A DNA stretch of 17,266 nt from Macrostomum lignano (taxonomy: Eukaryota), in NCBI GenBank assembly GCA_002269645.1, contig NIVC01002659.1, positions 1 through 17,266 of the forward strand. Reading direction: 5' to 3'. A program made the position numbers and the translations under genes. Shown here one piece after another: positions 1 through 17,266 of the stretch; position 1 is the first letter of the stretch; every line of letters starts with the position of its first letter. The notes under the pieces are model-generated. The model saw only the letters and a list, made by a program, of their open reading frames with translations, was not told the DNA's origin and did no database searches.

Positions 1-49
1 AATCCTAATATAATTTATTAATAATTAATTAAATACAGAGAGTACTAGT

Positions 50-13283
<13,234 letters not shown>

Positions 13284-13362
13284 CTGTTTTTGTGAAAAAA
13301 ATTGAAGTTGTTAAAGTACACATAAAATTACGAGCTAGAAGTAGAGAAGATATAGATTTAAG

Positions 13363-14143
13363 CACTGACTGAGTAAGCGGAGAAGCAAGGGATGACTGAG
13401 TGGAGAGGCAAGGGATGACTGAGTGGAGAAGCAAGGGATGACTGAGTGGAGAAGCAAGGGATGACTGAGTGGAGAGGCAAGCGATGACTGAGTGGAGAGG
13501 CAAGCGATGACTGAGTGGAGAGGCAAGCGATGACTGAGTGGAGAGGCAAGGGATGACTGAGTGGAGAGGCAAGCGATGACTGAGTGGAGAGGCAAGAGTT
13601 GACTGAGTGGAGAGGCAAGCGATGACTGAGTGGAGAGGCAAGCGATGACTGAGTGGAGAGGCAAGGATGACTGAGTGGAGAGGTAAGGAGTGATTGAGTG
13701 AAGAGGCAAGCGATGACTGAGTGGAGAGGCAAGGGTGATTGAGTGGAGAGGTAAGGAGTGATTGAGTGAAGAGGCAAGCGATGACTGAGTGGAGAGGCAA
13801 GGGTGACTGAGTGGAGAGGTAAGGAGTGATTGAGTGAAGAGGCAAGCGATGACTGAGTGGAGAGGCAAGGGGTGATTGAGTGGAGAGGTAAGGAGTGATT
13901 GAGTGAAGAGGCAAGCGATGACTGAGTGGAGAGGCAAGGGATGACTGAGTGGAGAGGCAAGCGATGACTGAGTGGAGAGGCAAGAGTGACTGAGTGGAGA
14001 GGCAAGCGATGACTGAGTGGAGAGGCAAGCGATGACTGAGTGGAGAGGCAAGGGATGACTGAGTGGAGAGGTAAGGAGTGATTGAGTGAAGAGGCAAGCG
14101 ATGACTGAGTGGAGAGGCAAGGGGTGATTGAGTGGAGAGGTGG
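13363..14143. repeat. Minisatellite, 23-bp unit GATGACTGAGTGGAGAGGCAAGC, roughly 33 copies
   Basis: Direct tandem repetition. The minus strand is nearly stop-free, which produces three spurious long ORFs. Confidence 0.95.
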
Positions 14144-14945
14144 GCTCAACCAGGACCGAGTTTTAAAAACGAGATCTTACGCATGTATTGGTAAAAAGCT
14201 ATGGACCAGTTAGTCAAAATCAAATCAAATTTGCTTTAGTTGACGCCTAATATAAAAAATGCTTTGCAGCGTTTAAGCTTAAGAATAGAAGATATTCAGA
14301 CTTTTGAAACAGCGCTTGATCCCGCGTCTGCTTTATATTGGTTGACAGTTCAGACATCTGACAGATGACCGATGTTGCTAGGAGGGCAATGGGAACTGTT
14401 TCATAGCATGAATGGCTGGTGGCTCTCTCTCTCTCTCTAGCAATTCAAACAGTTTTCGCATGGCTTGCCGGAGTCTCAGGGCATTTATTCAAAGAAAAAT
14501 AAGAGAGAGAGAGAATTGAGAATTTCAGCTTCAAGGTCGTCCAATATGGAAATGCCGCATCAAGTAGATGCACTGTGTTGATTTGGATCTATGCTCGAGT
14601 TAAAGCAGCGAAAAGTCACCTTGGAAAACTAGAAAACTCTCTTGCAAACGGCTACATTGGATTTGGGGATTTAAACTCGAGGAGGAAAAGGGAAGAAATT
14701 ATATCTTAGGAAAAGAAGGCGTTCCTGCGACTGAGTAAGTGCGAAATGGCTGCCGCGGAGGGTCTGGCTGGCTGAGAAGGCTGCAGAACGAGCAAGGAAG
14801 ACTATTGATTTATTAGGTCGCAGACTGGCAATACATACAGTATAAAAGTGCATACGCATGTGGCCCGTAAAATTCAAATTGATTTACTTGCTAGCATATT
14901 TTACATCAAATGGATTCTGAATGATAACTGAATGAATGATTGGGT

Positions 14946-15992
14946 CTAGCAACTGAGGATCTGGGAGGCTGGTCCAGTGACTGGGATCTGGGAGGTTGGC
15001 CCAGCACTGAGATCTGGGAGGCTGGCCCAGCAACTAAGGATCTGGGAGGCTGGCCCAGCAACTGAAGATCTGGGAGGGTAGCCCAGTAACTGAGATCTGG
15101 GAGGCTGGCCCAGTAACTGGATCTGGGAGGTTGGCCCAGCAACTGAGAATTGGGAGGCTGCCCAGCAACTAAGGATCTGGGAGGGTAGCCTAGCAACTGA
15201 GGATCTGGGAGGCTGGCCCAGTAACTGGGAATCTGGGAGGTTGGCCCAGCAACTGGCAATCTGGGAGGCTGGCCCAGCAGATAAGGATCTGGGAGGCTGG
15301 CCCAGCAACTAAGGATCTGGAGGGCTGCCCAGCAACTGAGGATCTGGGAGGCTGGCCCAGTAACTGGGATCTGGGAGGTAGCCCAGTAACTGAGAATCTG
15401 GGAGGGTAGCCCAGCAACTGAGGAGCTGGGAGGCTGGCCCAGCAACTAAGGATCTGGGAGGCTGGCCCAGCAACTAAGGATCTGGGAGGGTAGCCCAGTA
15501 ACTGGAGATCTGGGAGGCTGGCCCAGCAACTAAGGATCTGGGAGGGTAGCCCAGCAACTGAGGATCTGGGAGGCTGGCCCAGTAACTGGAGATCTGGGAG
15601 GCTGGCCCAGCGGCAGCGACTGAGCATCTGGGAGGCTGGCCCAGCGATTGAGGATTCGGGAGGCTAGCCCAGCGACTGACACTCTGGAGGGCTGGCCCAG
15701 CAACTGAGGATCTGGGAGGCTGGCCCAGCAACTGAGGATCTGGGAGGCTGGCCCAGTAACTGGAGATCTGGGAGGCTGGCCCAGCAACTAAGGATCTGGG
15801 AGGGTAGCCCAGTAACTGGAGATCTGGGAGGCTGGCCCAGCAACTAAGGATCTGGGAGGGTAGCCAGTAACTGGGGATCTGGGAGGCTGGCACAGCAACT
15901 AAGGATCTGGGAGGGTAGCCCAGTAACTGGGGATCTGGGAGGCTGCAGAGCAACTGAGGATCTGGGAGGCCAGTAAAATGAGGGTCTGGGAG
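14946..15992. repeat. Minisatellite, 28-bp unit GGATCTGGGAGGCTGGCCCAGCAACTGA, roughly 37 copies
   Basis: Direct tandem repetition with recurrent GGGTAGCCC and CCAGTAACTGG variants. Confidence 0.95.
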
Positions 15993-16053
15993 ATTTGATG
16001 AGCAAGAATTACATGTAGAAACGTAAGTTGACAAGGGCTAGCGAGACTCTCAC

Positions 16054-16357
16054 CTGTACAATGGATTCTCTCGCTTCAAAGACAACGCCAGTGGCGGGGC
16101 CAGCCAGTGAGTCATAGCCACCGGAGTACTCAAATGGCCTCGCAGAAGCCGGACGGGCGGCGGCGCGGCCACAGAGGCGGACGCAGACGACGAGAGAAAG
16201 TGCAGATTCTCGTAGACTGGGCTCCCGGGCTAGCAGCATGGCTCGGCTCTGAGCTGCCAGGTAGGGATTTCGGCCGCCAGAGTCCACTACCACCGTGCAG
16301 TGACAGACTGTCGGTTTTTCTAAGCTTGATTACTTTTTTAAACGATTTTGTCACTGC
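16054..16357 (-). CDS. Candidate upstream (first coding or internal) exon of the same gene; reading frame unresolved
   Basis: GC-rich island bounded by acceptor ttgctccttgctttggctag|GCA (16358/16357) and strong donor CAG|gtgaga (16054/16053). ATGs at 16239 (gccATG) and 16115. Only the 16115 frame is phase-compatible with the 13283 acceptor. Confidence 0.4.
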
Positions 16358-17266
16358 CTAGCCAAAGCAAGGAGCAAAAATTCCACTGCTAGTGACCCAT
16401 TCTCTGTTTGCCAGCATTGAGTGCATGGCAGCTTGCGTCTGCAAATTGAGCCAAGTTTAGGCATTTTAATTGGTGAAAAAAGGTTTATTTATATATGCAT
16501 TTCACTATTTATTTACAAACAAAAAATCTAGAATGAAAATTATTCAGATTTTTCAGTTGCCTTTAAAAGGATTAACCCATTGGCTTTCATGGTAAAAAAC
16601 TAATGCCATTTATCTCCAAGATTCTACAATATAATTGACTTCTAGTACCTTTTTTAAAACAAAAAAATGTTAAGAGACTTTCTCTGATACTATAATTTAG
16701 AAGTTTTAAATAATTAATTGTTATGTATTAAAATAATTTTCTTATACAAATTTTGTAAAACCTTACAAAACCTTTGTAAACCTTATTGTATAACCCACGA
16801 AAATATGACTAAGTTTTTGTAAAATGAAATATTAATAAAATGTTGTTTCCTCAGCAATATATGCAAAACAAGTTGTTACAAATAAAAATAATTGCATGTC
16901 TCAAATAATTCAGGCTTGGTCATTATTAGTAAAATGTGTTTCTTATGAAATGCCCTAACTTACTCAAATTGTTTGTCATAAAAAGCTGCATTTGACAATA
17001 AAAATGCATAGCCTTTAAACACTTGAAATTTTAGGTTCAAAATAAAAAAACTTATAATCAATCAGACATCCAAATTTAATAAAAGACATTTTTTACGACT
17101 CAGTTATTAAAAATCTATTGAATTCACAAAAAGTTGTCCATTAGCCTGTAATTTATAGGAGCACATACTTTCTACCCAACTGGAACTTTAAAAATTGCAA
17201 CCTTCGCGAACTGAGGGGGAGCCGAGACCAAGTAATGAAGTTCAAAACGAAACATTTAGGTTTCAA

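Noticed and set aside
14423-14877. (CT)n/(GA)n pair, 68-aa ORF and donor-like AAG|gtgact at 14620 as an extra exon or promoter
   Set aside because: I found no phase-compatible open frame and the motifs are too short to support a call.
16400-17266. AT-rich tail as promoter or replication origin
   Set aside because: Only base composition supports it. It could equally be intron, since the 16357 exon has an acceptor-like start.

Overview
Eukaryotic (animal) genomic DNA, not prokaryotic. Nearly the whole window is one minus-strand, multi-exon gene for a very long coiled-coil protein of the ELKS/CAST/ERC (Bruchpilot, ELKS-1) presynaptic active-zone family. I traced 14 GT-AG-bounded coding exons from 13283 down to 50 (about 1,670 codons), plus an uncertain upstream exon at 16054-16357. 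The splice phases chain except for three 1-nt shortfalls in short homopolymers (about 4034, 3665, 3528), most likely long-read assembly errors. Compared with ERC1/CAST as I recall them, the protein has about 1,050 aa between two conserved blocks (versus roughly 200), lacks the N-terminal SIKTFWSPELKKER block, and shows no C-terminal IWA motif. Most larger introns carry their own unrelated minisatellite (18, 21, 22, 23, 28, 30, 42 and about 44 bp units) or a perfect (GATA)140 run. Three hairpin+CTAG ends mark a probable non-autonomous Helitron family. GC-rich exons with minisatellite-filled introns suggest a free-living flatworm such as Macrostomum, but that is inference only. All homology statements come from recalled family sequences, not from a database search.
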